DNA of 53,131 nt. Origin: Promethearchaeota archaeon (GTDB taxonomy: Archaea > Asgardarchaeota > Lokiarchaeia > Sigyniarchaeales > SOKP01). Shown piece by piece: positions 18,882 to 28,734 of this stretch (the stretch's first letter is position 1; each line of letters begins with the position of its first letter). The stretch is taken from positions 1 to 53,131 of the forward strand of contig JABCSY010000015.1 of assembly GCA_018238625.1 (NCBI GenBank), read 5' to 3'. The notes beneath the pieces are model-generated. The model did no database searches. It was not told the origin of the DNA and worked only from the letters and a program-made list of their open reading frames with translations. Position numbers and translations under genes: made by a program.

Positions 18882-20192
18882 ATGAATAATTCTAAGAAAA
18901 TGCCATTATTATCAATTGTATTATTTGTTTTGATCATTACGCTAATAAATTCTGTATCAAATATGATTTCGCCGAATTTACTCGTGATATCAAGTTATTT
19001 CGGGTTTGGGGGCGATACTGCACCAATTGGGGTACTTACTTTCTCTTTTATGATTTTTACTGGGATAGCGATGTTAATTTTTGGGTATTTGGCCGATAAA
19101 ATCGTTAGAAAATGGATCGTGTTTTCTGGTACGTTAGTATTTTCCATCTTTTCGCTTTTTACCATAACTGTTCCATCTGGAATTATTGGTTATTCCGTTT
19201 TCTTCTTTTTAACTATCCTAACAGGGATAGGATACGGCGCGTTAATTCCAAGTATTTTTTCGTTAATGGGTGATATGGTCTCAAGTGAGGATCGCTCTAA
19301 AGGCTTTTCGTTTTTCTCGATCGCATCCTTTTTTGGAATAGTTTTTGGTAGCGCTTTAGCTACATATGCTGGCAGTACTGATTGGAGATTTCCTTTTCTA
19401 GTAATTGGCATCGTTGGAATTCTGGCATCGCTGTTATTTTTGCTTTTTAAAGAACCTTCTCGTTTGGGTAAAGACCACGCCTTTGTAGACGCTGTCGATT
19501 ACTCATATAGGATAAAGCTCTCAGATGTAAGGATAATTTTTAAAAAGAAAGCTAACGTTTGGTTAGTTGTTAATTTTGTAGATACGATTCCTACAGGCAT
19601 TATACTAACATTACTTTACGCATATATGGAAGTATATCACGGGATTACTGCGGATGTGACTGTGTTAATTTTCTTAATCATCCTCGTAAGTATTATACTT
19701 GGGACCGTAGTATTTGGGTATATTGGAGACAAGCAGTTTAAAAAAGGTAATAAAAAAGCGAGGGTTCTTTTAGCGTTATTTGGCAACATTGTCCCTATTC
19801 CATTTCTATTCGCCGCATTAATTATTCCGTTTAACCCTCCCAATTTATTTCCGGGCTTTTTAATTTGGATCGTGCTATTCAGTATTGGAATGTTTACAAA
19901 TGGAGCCGTAAACGGGAACTGGTACGCCACAGTCGTAGACTTAAACCTACCCGAAAACCGTGGAACCGTGTTGGCAACCTCAAATTTTTTTGACATTATT
20001 GGACGGGCGATTGGCCCTTTAATCGGAACAATTATCGCAGATATGTTCGGGTTTGTTATTGGAATGATGATTTCTATTTTCTTCTGGGTTTTTATACCCT
20101 TTTTCTGGATTCCAGTCCTTAAAAATGTCGTTAGAGAAATTGAATCTACGGAGAAAATATTTGACGAGAGAATAAAATCTTTAACTAACTAA
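18882..20192 (+). CDS. MFS transporter
   Basis: Motif A FGYLADKIVRK, repeated as FGYIGDK; about 12 TM segments. Confidence 0.92.
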   Translation: MNNSKKMPLLSIVLFVLIITLINSVSNMISPNLLVISSYFGFGGDTAPIGVLTFSFMIFTGIAMLIFGYLADKIVRKWIVFSGTLVFSIFSLFTITVPSGIIGYSVFFFLTILTGIGYGALIPSIFSLMGDMVSSEDRSKGFSFFSIASFFGIVFGSALATYAGSTDWRFPFLVIGIVGILASLLFLLFKEPSRLGKDHAFVDAVDYSYRIKLSDVRIIFKKKANVWLVVNFVDTIPTGIILTLLYAYMEVYHGITADVTVLIFLIILVSIILGTVVFGYIGDKQFKKGNKKARVLLALFGNIVPIPFLFAALIIPFNPPNLFPGFLIWIVLFSIGMFTNGAVNGNWYATVVDLNLPENRGTVLATSNFFDIIGRAIGPLIGTIIADMFGFVIGMMISIFFWVFIPFFWIPVLKNVVREIESTEKIFDERIKSLTN

Positions 20193-20263
20193 TACTTAAA
20201 AAATCTTTATTTTAATTTGTCAAATTGGTTTTTTCATTTAATTTAAGAAAAAAAAATAAAGAT

Positions 20264-20665
20264 TTAAAATGGTAAAACTATCAGCGTTATACCTAATAAT
20301 ATTCCCAATATTACAGCAACAATTATGTATAATATAAAAGCTATAACTGTAACCAATATAGCTCCTAAAAATCCAACATGGTGCCGTCCGCTAATGATTA
20401 GCCACGCAACAATTAAAACTATGATCCATGCTAACAAACCAGTCAGAAATAGAAATGTAAGAGCGTAAATAACGGTTATGATGAAGGATGTTATAAAGAC
20501 TTGTCCGAATTCTATGTGTCTCGCACTACTGAAAATATTTAAGGAAAGCTTAAGAAAGATCGCCATTATCACAAGAAAGATCAAATAAAAAATAAGAAAC
20601 CACATTATTCCTTCAATAGTGCCAAAAGTTTGAGCCCAATTTTCGTTAAAAATTTCAAATATCAT
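20264..20665 (-). CDS. Small multi-pass membrane protein
   Basis: About 4 hydrophobic segments in 133 aa. Confidence 0.75.
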   Translation of the reverse strand: MIFEIFNENWAQTFGTIEGIMWFLIFYLIFLVIMAIFLKLSLNIFSSARHIEFGQVFITSFIITVIYALTFLFLTGLLAWIIVLIVAWLIISGRHHVGFLGAILVTVIAFILYIIVAVILGILLGITLIVLPF

Positions 20666-20851
20666 ATAAAAACCTTGTTTTTAAGTATATTAAGTATAAT
20701 CTTTTTTAAAATTTCATGAATATTTAATTTATTCATTAATTAAAATTCTGAAACAATTTATTGATACTTTGACCACTCTCCCATTTTGATTGTTAAATAA
20801 AGATTTTTAAATAACATTCTATATTTCTAGTTTTTATTAGGAGAAAAATTT

Positions 20852-21841
20852 TTGAATGGATGTATTATGACAAAAGAGAAAAAGCCAAAGGAACAGGTTA
20901 ATGAAAGTTTTGATTTATCAGATAAGGACGAATATAGCCACGATTGGGGTAAATTTCCTCCATTCCATAACGAGAGTTGGTACTTCAATTTTATTGATCG
21001 ACCAAATAACGTTTTTTTAGTTACTAGATTATCTTACCACATGGACAAAAAAAAGTCCCTGGTTTTAGTTTTGCTGATAATTGATGGTAAGGCTAGAGTT
21101 TATTTTCAGGAAATTCCTCTTGAAAAAATGCCTGCTAATACTTGGGAAATCGATAAGAAAGTGAAGTATTACTGCGTCAAACCAATGAAGCAATGGAACA
21201 TTAAATTCAATAATAGTCAAGTTGATTTAGATGTTAACCTTGAGGGAAGGTTTCCAGTATTTAATTCAGCGGCGGGTACGGACCCCTTAGCATTTCTTAA
21301 GGGGGACTATACTAAGTCAGAACTAGTATTTGCACAGATGCATTACGAGCAACCTATGATAGCGACCGGTACTTTGATTCTGAAGAAAAAGGGGAAAGTA
21401 ATTGAAACGCGAACCATAAAAGGTTTCGGTCATCGCGATCATAGCTGGGGCATTAGAGAATGGGGCGGGATTGACTCGTGGAATTGGGTTGTTGCCCAGT
21501 TTGAAGATGAAACAATCAATTTTTACAAAGCTGAAGCCCTTGGTGAAGTAAAACAAGATGGAATAATTTATTCTAAAGGCGCTGCTAATATTAGAATAGA
21601 AAAAATAGAAGTGACAACAAAAAAGAAAGAAGACGAAAAAACACCTGTTTCATCAACATTTATCATAACGGACGAAAATGGAAAGAAAAGAACTATAGAA
21701 TCAAAAACAATATTTTCGCAATATTTACCCCTTCCATCCGAGAAAGGATTAACTGAAATTTACGAGCAAGTAGCAGTGTTCACTTACAATGGTAAAGAAG
21801 GAGATGGCATTTCGGAGTATTTATGCACAACGCGGGATTAA
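20852..21841 (+). CDS. Beta-barrel protein of the AttH/CrtC/tocopherol-cyclase-like fold
   Basis: NESWYFNF, HYEQ and GHRDHSWG.R.W motifs. Confidence 0.7.
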   Translation: MNGCIMTKEKKPKEQVNESFDLSDKDEYSHDWGKFPPFHNESWYFNFIDRPNNVFLVTRLSYHMDKKKSLVLVLLIIDGKARVYFQEIPLEKMPANTWEIDKKVKYYCVKPMKQWNIKFNNSQVDLDVNLEGRFPVFNSAAGTDPLAFLKGDYTKSELVFAQMHYEQPMIATGTLILKKKGKVIETRTIKGFGHRDHSWGIREWGGIDSWNWVVAQFEDETINFYKAEALGEVKQDGIIYSKGAANIRIEKIEVTTKKKEDEKTPVSSTFIITDENGKKRTIESKTIFSQYLPLPSEKGLTEIYEQVAVFTYNGKEGDGISEYLCTTRD

Positions 21842-22046
21842 CGCTAAGAACTGAAGTTTGAGCTATTTTATTTTGCTTTTTTATTTTATTTTTTAATCAA
21901 TCATTAAATCGGTTATGTTTTTATATCTATTTATAAATAAATATTGTGAGATAGTGCAATGCTATTAAAACTCGTTGGTTTAAGATAGCGGGTTTATGTA
22001 CAATAAACAAATTGAAATTTCATCAAAATAAATTGAGGTAATTAAA

Positions 22047-22076
22047 ATGCCTGGAAATTGTAATACTACGCCTTAA
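22047..22076 (+). other. Candidate micro-ORF MPGNCNTTP
   Basis: GAGGT at 22035-22039, 7 nt before the ATG; flanked by hairpins. Confidence 0.3.
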
Positions 22077-22080
22077 ATGA

Positions 22081-22144
22081 TTCTCCCGCATTTTAGGTTA
22101 TTCAATAACCTTAAGCGAGAAAACCATATTTTTTCCTTTTTTTT
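22081..22144 (+). terminator. Hairpin plus T-tract, possible terminator
   Basis: AGGTTATT-C-AATAACCT (22095-22111) inside ttctc...gagaa, followed by a T-rich run. Confidence 0.45.
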
Positions 22145-22158
22145 GTAAGTATGACTAA

Positions 22159-23526
22159 CTATTCATCTTGTAAAAAATAATAAAAAGGGTCTAATTTTTG
22201 GGCTCTTCTACTCCTAAAGAGTCGCGTCATAAATGGATGTACGCCTTCGTACTTTTCTAAAGCTGCGATTTGCAATTTCTCTGCTTCTTTTTCGTCTTGG
22301 GCTGTCTTTATTTTTTTCCCTAATTTATCTATATAGAACTTTATTTTTTCTTTGTCTATTAAGTCAGTTTTAAGGGGTTTACCCGATGCAATGTCAAAAG
22401 GCCAAGTCCAGTTAAAGTTTTCTTCTATATCTGCGTATTGGGCACACACACTTAAAAGGCAATTAACATAAATGTGACTCCCCAAAAGCAATCTTTTAGT
22501 AAAGTTCCATTTCGATATATCAAGATATAATTCTTTCGTGGCGCTTTTTGCAAATTTCGACAGTTCCTCTAAGATATTAAGCGAGAGGGGTTTTAATTCA
22601 CCTAAATTATCAGGATATCTAAGATCTTTTGGATGGGATAATTCTCTTGTCCAAATCCCAATTGATGTTATGTTTGAAGAAAAATCGGTTGGATCGGCAA
22701 ATAAAGTGCACCAATCGTTAAACTCGATTTTGTTCATATCTTTTAACGTCATTCCAAATATCACATTTTTAACTGGCGCAAGATTGGTAATTTTATATGG
22801 CATATTTCCAGTCATATCTATTTCAAACATTTCGTCACCGGTATGTAGTTCTATGAATTCTTTGAATATTAAAGGTTCAGTGTTGTCTTCAAAATAATAC
22901 GGTCCATGCTCAGATATGCTCATTCTACACTCGGCTCGGGAAAGAAAACCATAGATAGTTAAATGGGCGATGGTTTGTTTTAAACGCTTGATTATCTCTT
23001 TATTATTATTTATAGGGATCATATTACCTTTTAATTTTTCAATATAATCGTCAGAAAGGAATGTAAGTCTTTTATTTTTCAATATTAGAGTCTCGTCATT
23101 GAGATAATTGGGGCTCAATCTTCTCCAAAAGTCCAGAATGAATTTAGTTTCTTTTTTCTTCGTTTCTGGCTCAACAACGATGTTAGTTTCGCCAGCTTTT
23201 TTTTTACTAAGGTTATCATGAATAACTTGAGCTCGACCATGCAAATACAACATACATATAGAATAAAATCCCAATTGGTTTAATCCGGGGCCCAAGGATT
23301 TCGATCTTCTGGCTAGCTCCTCAGGCGATATCTTACTTGCAACTTCTTTCAGAATATTATATTGATAAGATTGGTCGTATAAAATATAACAAGCAACGTG
23401 AATATAATGGTTTACAGGAAATATTTTACTTTCCACTACTCCTCGCATTAGAATATTTTCTATAACGCTCTTAGAAAACATCTCGATTATTTCGTTAACT
23501 TCTTCGTCGCTAATATCACCTAACAT
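22159..23526 (-). CDS. Uncharacterised protein (paralog 2), linked to PEP-utilising domains
   Basis: 455-aa ORF collinear with 23622..24983; RBS AGGAG upstream. Confidence 0.85.
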   Translation of the reverse strand: MLGDISDEEVNEIIEMFSKSVIENILMRGVVESKIFPVNHYIHVACYILYDQSYQYNILKEVASKISPEELARRSKSLGPGLNQLGFYSICMLYLHGRAQVIHDNLSKKKAGETNIVVEPETKKKETKFILDFWRRLSPNYLNDETLILKNKRLTFLSDDYIEKLKGNMIPINNNKEIIKRLKQTIAHLTIYGFLSRAECRMSISEHGPYYFEDNTEPLIFKEFIELHTGDEMFEIDMTGNMPYKITNLAPVKNVIFGMTLKDMNKIEFNDWCTLFADPTDFSSNITSIGIWTRELSHPKDLRYPDNLGELKPLSLNILEELSKFAKSATKELYLDISKWNFTKRLLLGSHIYVNCLLSVCAQYADIEENFNWTWPFDIASGKPLKTDLIDKEKIKFYIDKLGKKIKTAQDEKEAEKLQIAALEKYEGVHPFMTRLFRSRRAQKLDPFYYFLQDE

Positions 23527-23621
23527 ATAAACAACTCCTAATAATCGTAAAATTTTTATTTAAATTGAAAATAATTTTGATAGATTTCACTTTTTATTAC
23601 TATTAAAACTAACATTAACTA

Positions 23622-24983
23622 TTAGTCTTGTAAAAAATAGTAAAACGGGTCTAATTTTCGGACTCTTTTACTCCTAAACATTCGCGGAAGAAATGGATGT
23701 ATACCTTTGTATTTTTCTAAAGATGCGATTTGCACTTTCGTTGCTTCTTTTTCGTCTTTGGTAGTCTTAACTTTTTCCCCCAATACATCAATGTAGAAAT
23801 CTATTTTTTCTTTGTCTATTAAGTTAGTTTTCAATGGTTTACTCGCGGCATAGTCAAAAGGCCAAGTCCAGTTATAATTATCTTCTATTCCAGCGAATTG
23901 TGCGTATGAGCTTGCGATCCTATTAACATAAAGGTTGCTCCCGAACATCAATTTTTTATTAAAGTTCCATTTCGATATATCAACATATAATTCTTTCGTG
24001 GCACTTTTTGCGAATTCCGATAGTTCGGTTAAAATGTTAAGCGAAAGGGGTTTTAATTCACCTAAATTATTAGGATACCTAAGATCTTTTGGATGCGTTA
24101 ATTCTTTCGTCCAAATTCCTATGGATGTTATGTTTGAAGAAAGATCGGTGGGATCGGCAAATAAAGTGCCAAAATCATTAAATTCGATTTTGTTCATGTC
24201 TTTAAGCGTCATCCCGAATATCACATTAGGAACTGGCGCAATCTTGGTGATTTTATATGGCATATTTCCAGACATGTTTATTCCAAACATATCGTCACCA
24301 GTATGTAGATCTAGGAATTCTTTAAATACTAAAGGTTCAGTGTTGCCTTCAAAATAATATGGTCCTTGCTCAGAAATGCTCATTCGACACTCGGCTTGGG
24401 ATAGGAAACTATAGATGGTTAGTTGGGCGATGGTTTGTTTTAATTGTTTCATTACATCTTTATTGTTATCTATAGATATCATATTGCCTTTTAGGTTTTC
24501 AATGTAATCATCGGAAAGGCACGTAATCTTTTTAGATTTCAGCGTTAGCTCCCCTTCGTTGAGATAATTGGGGCTCAATCTTTTCCAAAAGTCCATAATG
24601 AATTTTGTTTCTTTTTTCTTCGTTTCAGGCTCAACAACGATATCTTCGCCGGCCTTTTTTTTAATGAGGTTATCATAAATAATTTCAGCCCGACCATGCA
24701 AATACAACATTAATAGAGAATAAAAACCCAAGTGGTTCGACCGTGAGCCTAAGGATTTCGATCTTTTAGCGATGTCCTCAGGCGATATCTTACTTGCAAC
24801 TTCTTTTAAGATATTATATTGATAAGATTGATCGTATAAAATATAACAAGCAACGTGAATGTAATGGTTTACAGGAAATATTTTACTTTCCACTACTCCT
24901 CGCGTTTGAAAGTTTTCTAGAACGCTTTGAGAAAACATCGAAATTATATCATTAACTTCTTCGTCGCTAATATCACCTAACAT
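23622..24983 (-). CDS. Uncharacterised protein (paralog 1), linked to PEP-utilising domains
   Basis: 453-aa ORF; shares RGVVESKIFPVNHYIHVAC, AECRMSISE.GPY and LDPFYYFLQD with paralog 2. Confidence 0.85.
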   Translation of the reverse strand: MLGDISDEEVNDIISMFSQSVLENFQTRGVVESKIFPVNHYIHVACYILYDQSYQYNILKEVASKISPEDIAKRSKSLGSRSNHLGFYSLLMLYLHGRAEIIYDNLIKKKAGEDIVVEPETKKKETKFIMDFWKRLSPNYLNEGELTLKSKKITCLSDDYIENLKGNMISIDNNKDVMKQLKQTIAQLTIYSFLSQAECRMSISEQGPYYFEGNTEPLVFKEFLDLHTGDDMFGINMSGNMPYKITKIAPVPNVIFGMTLKDMNKIEFNDFGTLFADPTDLSSNITSIGIWTKELTHPKDLRYPNNLGELKPLSLNILTELSEFAKSATKELYVDISKWNFNKKLMFGSNLYVNRIASSYAQFAGIEDNYNWTWPFDYAASKPLKTNLIDKEKIDFYIDVLGEKVKTTKDEKEATKVQIASLEKYKGIHPFLPRMFRSKRVRKLDPFYYFLQD

Positions 24984-25049
24984 ATAAACAACTCCTTATA
25001 ATTTTATAATTTTATAATTTGTAATTTTAATTGAAAAGATTTTCTATAA

Positions 25050-25406
25050 TTACTCAAGTAAGTAAATAATACCCTTGGCTTCACTTTCCGTAACAATTTT
25101 TCCATTTTTCCCATTCAGTGATGACCAATCGTCTACTAGAAATTCTACACTCATTACACAAGGTATTTCGAATTCTCTTGAAACTATGGCAAGATGTGAG
25201 CCCGCATCACCGAATGGACATAATACTCCTGCTAAATCTGATAAAATTGGACCAAGAGTAGTAGTACCCGCATCATCAACTATACATATTTTCCCGCTGG
25301 CATCATCAAATATATTTATTACGTCTTCAACAGATTGGATATAAACAAATTCCCCTATTGCTTCTGAATTAGAAGAACAAGAACGGCCTTCCCCAATTTT
25401 TTTCAT
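25050..25406 (-). CDS. Stand-alone PEP-utilising enzyme mobile (phospho-His swivel) domain
   Basis: GDAGSHLAIVSREFEIPCV matches the SH.AI..RE..IP phosphohistidine motif. Confidence 0.9.
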   Translation of the reverse strand: MKKIGEGRSCSSNSEAIGEFVYIQSVEDVINIFDDASGKICIVDDAGTTTLGPILSDLAGVLCPFGDAGSHLAIVSREFEIPCVMSVEFLVDDWSSLNGKNGKIVTESEAKGIIYLLE

Positions 25407-25611
25407 TTTTAAATCAACTAAAATTTTATTTTTAAAGTAATATCAATCTATTATTTTTTAAATTTATAGTTATTTATCGCAGTTATTTTTATTTTTTATT
25501 TACGTTCTAAGAAATTTTTGCATAAAGATATATTGTTATACCTTATCTTTGAACTAAATATTTAAAAATATAGTAAACAAATTATATTATTTACAATTTT
25601 AAGGAACATCG

Positions 25612-26595
25612 ATGAAAGAATCAGAATTCGTTGTATTTTTTCCAGAAGCAAAACCTAATAATGCTTTATTAGGGGGGAAAGGTTCTAATTTGATCAAATT
25701 AATTAAGATGAAAGCAAAAGTCCCCCCCGGATTCATCATAAATACAAACTGCTTCAAGAAATTCCTTAACGAATCGAAATACTACGAGCAACTTACGACA
25801 TTATTGGCTAAGAACTTAAATCCTAAAGAAATCTTACACCATTCAGCCAAAATTACGAGATTAATATTGGAATCAAAAATTCCTAAGAAAATAATTGAAA
25901 GCATCGAAGTAGCTTTAGATAAATTGGTTAAGGGAAAGGATATAGACTTATCTTTTGCCGTAAGGTCTTCGGCAACGATCGAGGATTCAAGCAAATTCTC
26001 CTTTGCGGGACAAGCAGAGAGTTATTTACACAATCTTACTTTACACGACTTATTACAATCGTTAAAAAATTGCTGGGCATCTTTATTTTCCCCTAGTTCA
26101 ATATTATATATGCTTCATATGAGAAAGTTGGGCCTAAATTTCTCGTTGAAGAATGTTCATATGGCAGTGATTGTTCAAAAAATGGTTAATTCACAAATAT
26201 CAGGCGTTTTATTTACGTCTAATGTGGTCAACAACGATTCAAACCAAATGTTGATTAATTCCACATGGGGGCTTGGTAATACGATTGCCGATAATTTAAT
26301 CAGTCCAGATTCTATTGTAATTAAAAAAAATAAATTTGAAGTTTTAAAAAAGATTATCGGTAAAAAAAGGAAAAAATCGATTAAAAACCCTGAAGGCGCC
26401 CATACTGTTATGGTAGAAAATTACCCAAAATCGAGGACAACTTGCTCTTTAAGCGATAATCAACTACGCCAACTTCATGATTTAGGATTAAAAATTGAAA
26501 AAGAATTCAATTTTCCTCAAGATATTGAATGGGCGATAGAAAACGATGAAATCTTCATTTTACAAAGCCGACCAATCACTACATTAAAAAAGTGA
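25612..26595 (+). CDS. Stand-alone PEP synthase/PPDK N-terminal ATP-grasp domain
   Basis: GGKG..L, VPPGF, AVRSSA..ED...SFAGQ, VQKMV, DIEWA, LQSRPIT, then stop. Confidence 0.92.
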   Translation: MKESEFVVFFPEAKPNNALLGGKGSNLIKLIKMKAKVPPGFIINTNCFKKFLNESKYYEQLTTLLAKNLNPKEILHHSAKITRLILESKIPKKIIESIEVALDKLVKGKDIDLSFAVRSSATIEDSSKFSFAGQAESYLHNLTLHDLLQSLKNCWASLFSPSSILYMLHMRKLGLNFSLKNVHMAVIVQKMVNSQISGVLFTSNVVNNDSNQMLINSTWGLGNTIADNLISPDSIVIKKNKFEVLKKIIGKKRKKSIKNPEGAHTVMVENYPKSRTTCSLSDNQLRQLHDLGLKIEKEFNFPQDIEWAIENDEIFILQSRPITTLKK

Positions 26596-26635
26596 AGAAT
26601 TAAAAGAAAAAAAGGGTTTTAATTAAATAATTAAA

Positions 26636-27397
26636 TTAGATACCAATATCCCACTTTAGAAAAGAATACGGAAAGAATTTTTCTTGTTCTACTTCTGCTA
26701 CTACGTATCCCTTTTTCATAGAGTTATCACCTCTTAAATACGCAGCCCCTAATACTCTTTCCACTTCTATTTCGCCCCAAGGGTCGCTCTCAGATGACTT
26801 TAACGTAATTTCTGCGTTCCCCAGTTTTAATTCTTTAGGTCTTAATGGAACCTCTTCTCTTATTAATCGCGGGTTGTAATCAAAGCCTTTGCCATCTGGA
26901 GAAGGAAAATGCTTAAAATTGTATGTTATTGACACAATTTCAGAGCCATCACCAATGGTGCCCGTAAAAAGCTCCATAGCTTCAGGCGCATTTAATCTAC
27001 CGTTCAGCTTTGCCTTCACTTCGTAATATCGCGTTCCTTGGCGCTCTATCCATCCTTCAACGACTCTCTTTTCCCGCTTGAAATAAATATCAGCCATTTT
27101 TTTTGGATATCCAAATACTTCTCGACCAGCGACTAGCGCTTGGTCGTCTGTAACCGGCATTGATAAACAATAGCCTCCTTCTACGCCCTCGAACTCGCAT
27201 GTTAAGAAAAGAGCGCCTTCGTTATATGTCACACCGAAATTTGTTTTTGGATAATAAGCCACAAACGCGTAGGCAATTGGAGCGCTCGTAGGTTTTAACG
27301 GTGGTGGCAGCAGTCGCTTTATTATTTCGGGTTTTGTCTCCCAATACACGACCAGCATTTCTGCATCGTAGAAGTCAGCGGTTTCTCTATTAGTCAT
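26636..27397 (-). CDS. Acetoacetate-decarboxylase-family protein (possible ACG start at 27427)
   Basis: LLPPPLKP, Y.EGAL and GREVFGYPKK Schiff-base Lys motif. Confidence 0.9.
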   Translation of the reverse strand: MTNRETADFYDAEMLVVYWETKPEIIKRLLPPPLKPTSAPIAYAFVAYYPKTNFGVTYNEGALFLTCEFEGVEGGYCLSMPVTDDQALVAGREVFGYPKKMADIYFKREKRVVEGWIERQGTRYYEVKAKLNGRLNAPEAMELFTGTIGDGSEIVSITYNFKHFPSPDGKGFDYNPRLIREEVPLRPKELKLGNAEITLKSSESDPWGEIEVERVLGAAYLRGDNSMKKGYVVAEVEQEKFFPYSFLKWDIGI

Positions 27398-27505
27398 AAA
27401 CCCGCCCGAAGATCTTAAAAAACTCGTTTTATTTTCACCTCAAATTAGATTTTTACTATTACTATTATTAATATTTCAATTTTTAATTTAAAATTACTGT
27501 ATTGA

Positions 27506-28723
27506 TTATTGATTTAATGCTTGATCTATTAGTTCCATAAGATCAACCATCTTAATATTCGAATTTAAAGCGGTTATTGCATCCGCTAGATTTCTATAAC
27601 AAAATGGACATATACTCACGAGATAATCTGCGCCCGTCTCCTCAGCTTCCTGAACTCTAGTCTTAGCAACTTCTAATGCTAAATCGGGAAAGCCTTTCTT
27701 TACGCCTCCACCAGCTCCGCAACATTTAGCGTTCTCTTTAATCGTTTTCATCTCGGTTAAATTAGATATTTTTGATAATATCTCTCTTGGTTCTTCGTAA
27801 AGCGGTGAAAGGCCAGAATTTCTTCCTGTATGACAGGGGTCGTGATAGGTTGTATTAATTTCTAATTTCTTAAGAATTATATCTTTTTCCTCTAAAAAAG
27901 ATTTGATATACTCGATTGTGTGAAGCACTCTAATTCCTAAGTCCTCAATTAAGTCAGCGTAATCTACTTTTAAAGTCCTGTAACAACCCGCGCAACTCGT
28001 AATTATAGTTTTAACGCCGCTTTTTTTGAACAACTCGTAGTTTTTCGCAGCCACTGAATTGAATGCTTTCATATCCCCAGTTCTCTTACCTACGCTTCCG
28101 CAGCACACTTCGTGTTCTCCAAAAATAGAAAAGTCAACTCCAAGTTTACGAAGCACTTTTGCTGTGTTTATAGCTACTGGTTGAATTTCTGGAGTTAGAG
28201 CAGCAGTGCACCCAACAAAATAAAGCACATCCGCTTTTTCAGAATAGGCATTTTTTACCTTAAAATCAAGTTTTTCCATCCAATTATTTTTATCTTTGTT
28301 ATCTCTCTGATATGGATTTAATAATTCAACCATTGCTTTATTCATTGGTACATGTGCTTCCAGACCACAACCCGCGTCTATTAGTTCCGCTCTTAAAGCC
28401 TCGTAAATAACTGCGTTATCCATATCATAGGCACAAGCTTCAGAACACGCGTTACAAGTTGGACATTGATAAATAACTTCTGCCATATCTTTACTTAGCT
28501 CTAATTTTCCTTGCCAAAGAGAGCGAATAATTTGCATTTTTCCTCTTCCAAAGAAAGCTTCGAAGCCAGATGTGTGATCTCTTGCCACGCAAACGCCCCA
28601 TTTTTGTGGATCTGAAGTATAATCTGTAGCTTCTCGACAATCTCCACAACTTATACATTGTAAAATTGTCGGACCAATCTTGCTTAAGTGCTTAAACTTT
28701 TCGTTAGGATTTATTTCAGTCAT
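27506..28723 (-). CDS. Fe-S oxidoreductase with CCG domains (GlcF/HdrD-like)
   Basis: CISCGDC, CPTCNACSEAC, YFVGC, CCG, SCAGC, YHDPCH, CCGAGGG, CPFC. Confidence 0.92.
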   Translation of the reverse strand: MTEINPNEKFKHLSKIGPTILQCISCGDCREATDYTSDPQKWGVCVARDHTSGFEAFFGRGKMQIIRSLWQGKLELSKDMAEVIYQCPTCNACSEACAYDMDNAVIYEALRAELIDAGCGLEAHVPMNKAMVELLNPYQRDNKDKNNWMEKLDFKVKNAYSEKADVLYFVGCTAALTPEIQPVAINTAKVLRKLGVDFSIFGEHEVCCGSVGKRTGDMKAFNSVAAKNYELFKKSGVKTIITSCAGCYRTLKVDYADLIEDLGIRVLHTIEYIKSFLEEKDIILKKLEINTTYHDPCHTGRNSGLSPLYEEPREILSKISNLTEMKTIKENAKCCGAGGGVKKGFPDLALEVAKTRVQEAEETGADYLVSICPFCYRNLADAITALNSNIKMVDLMELIDQALNQ

Positions 28724-28734
28724 CTTATTTCCAT

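Noticed and set aside
22077-22122. ATGA-initiated hairpin as a SECIS element
   Set aside because: No apical AA motif evident and no in-frame TGA selenoprotein candidate nearby
25050-26595. Swivel and ATP-grasp genes as fragments of a broken ppsA pseudogene
   Set aside because: They are on opposite strands, each has a clean start, stop and largely intact motifs, and there is no remnant of the pyruvate-binding domain
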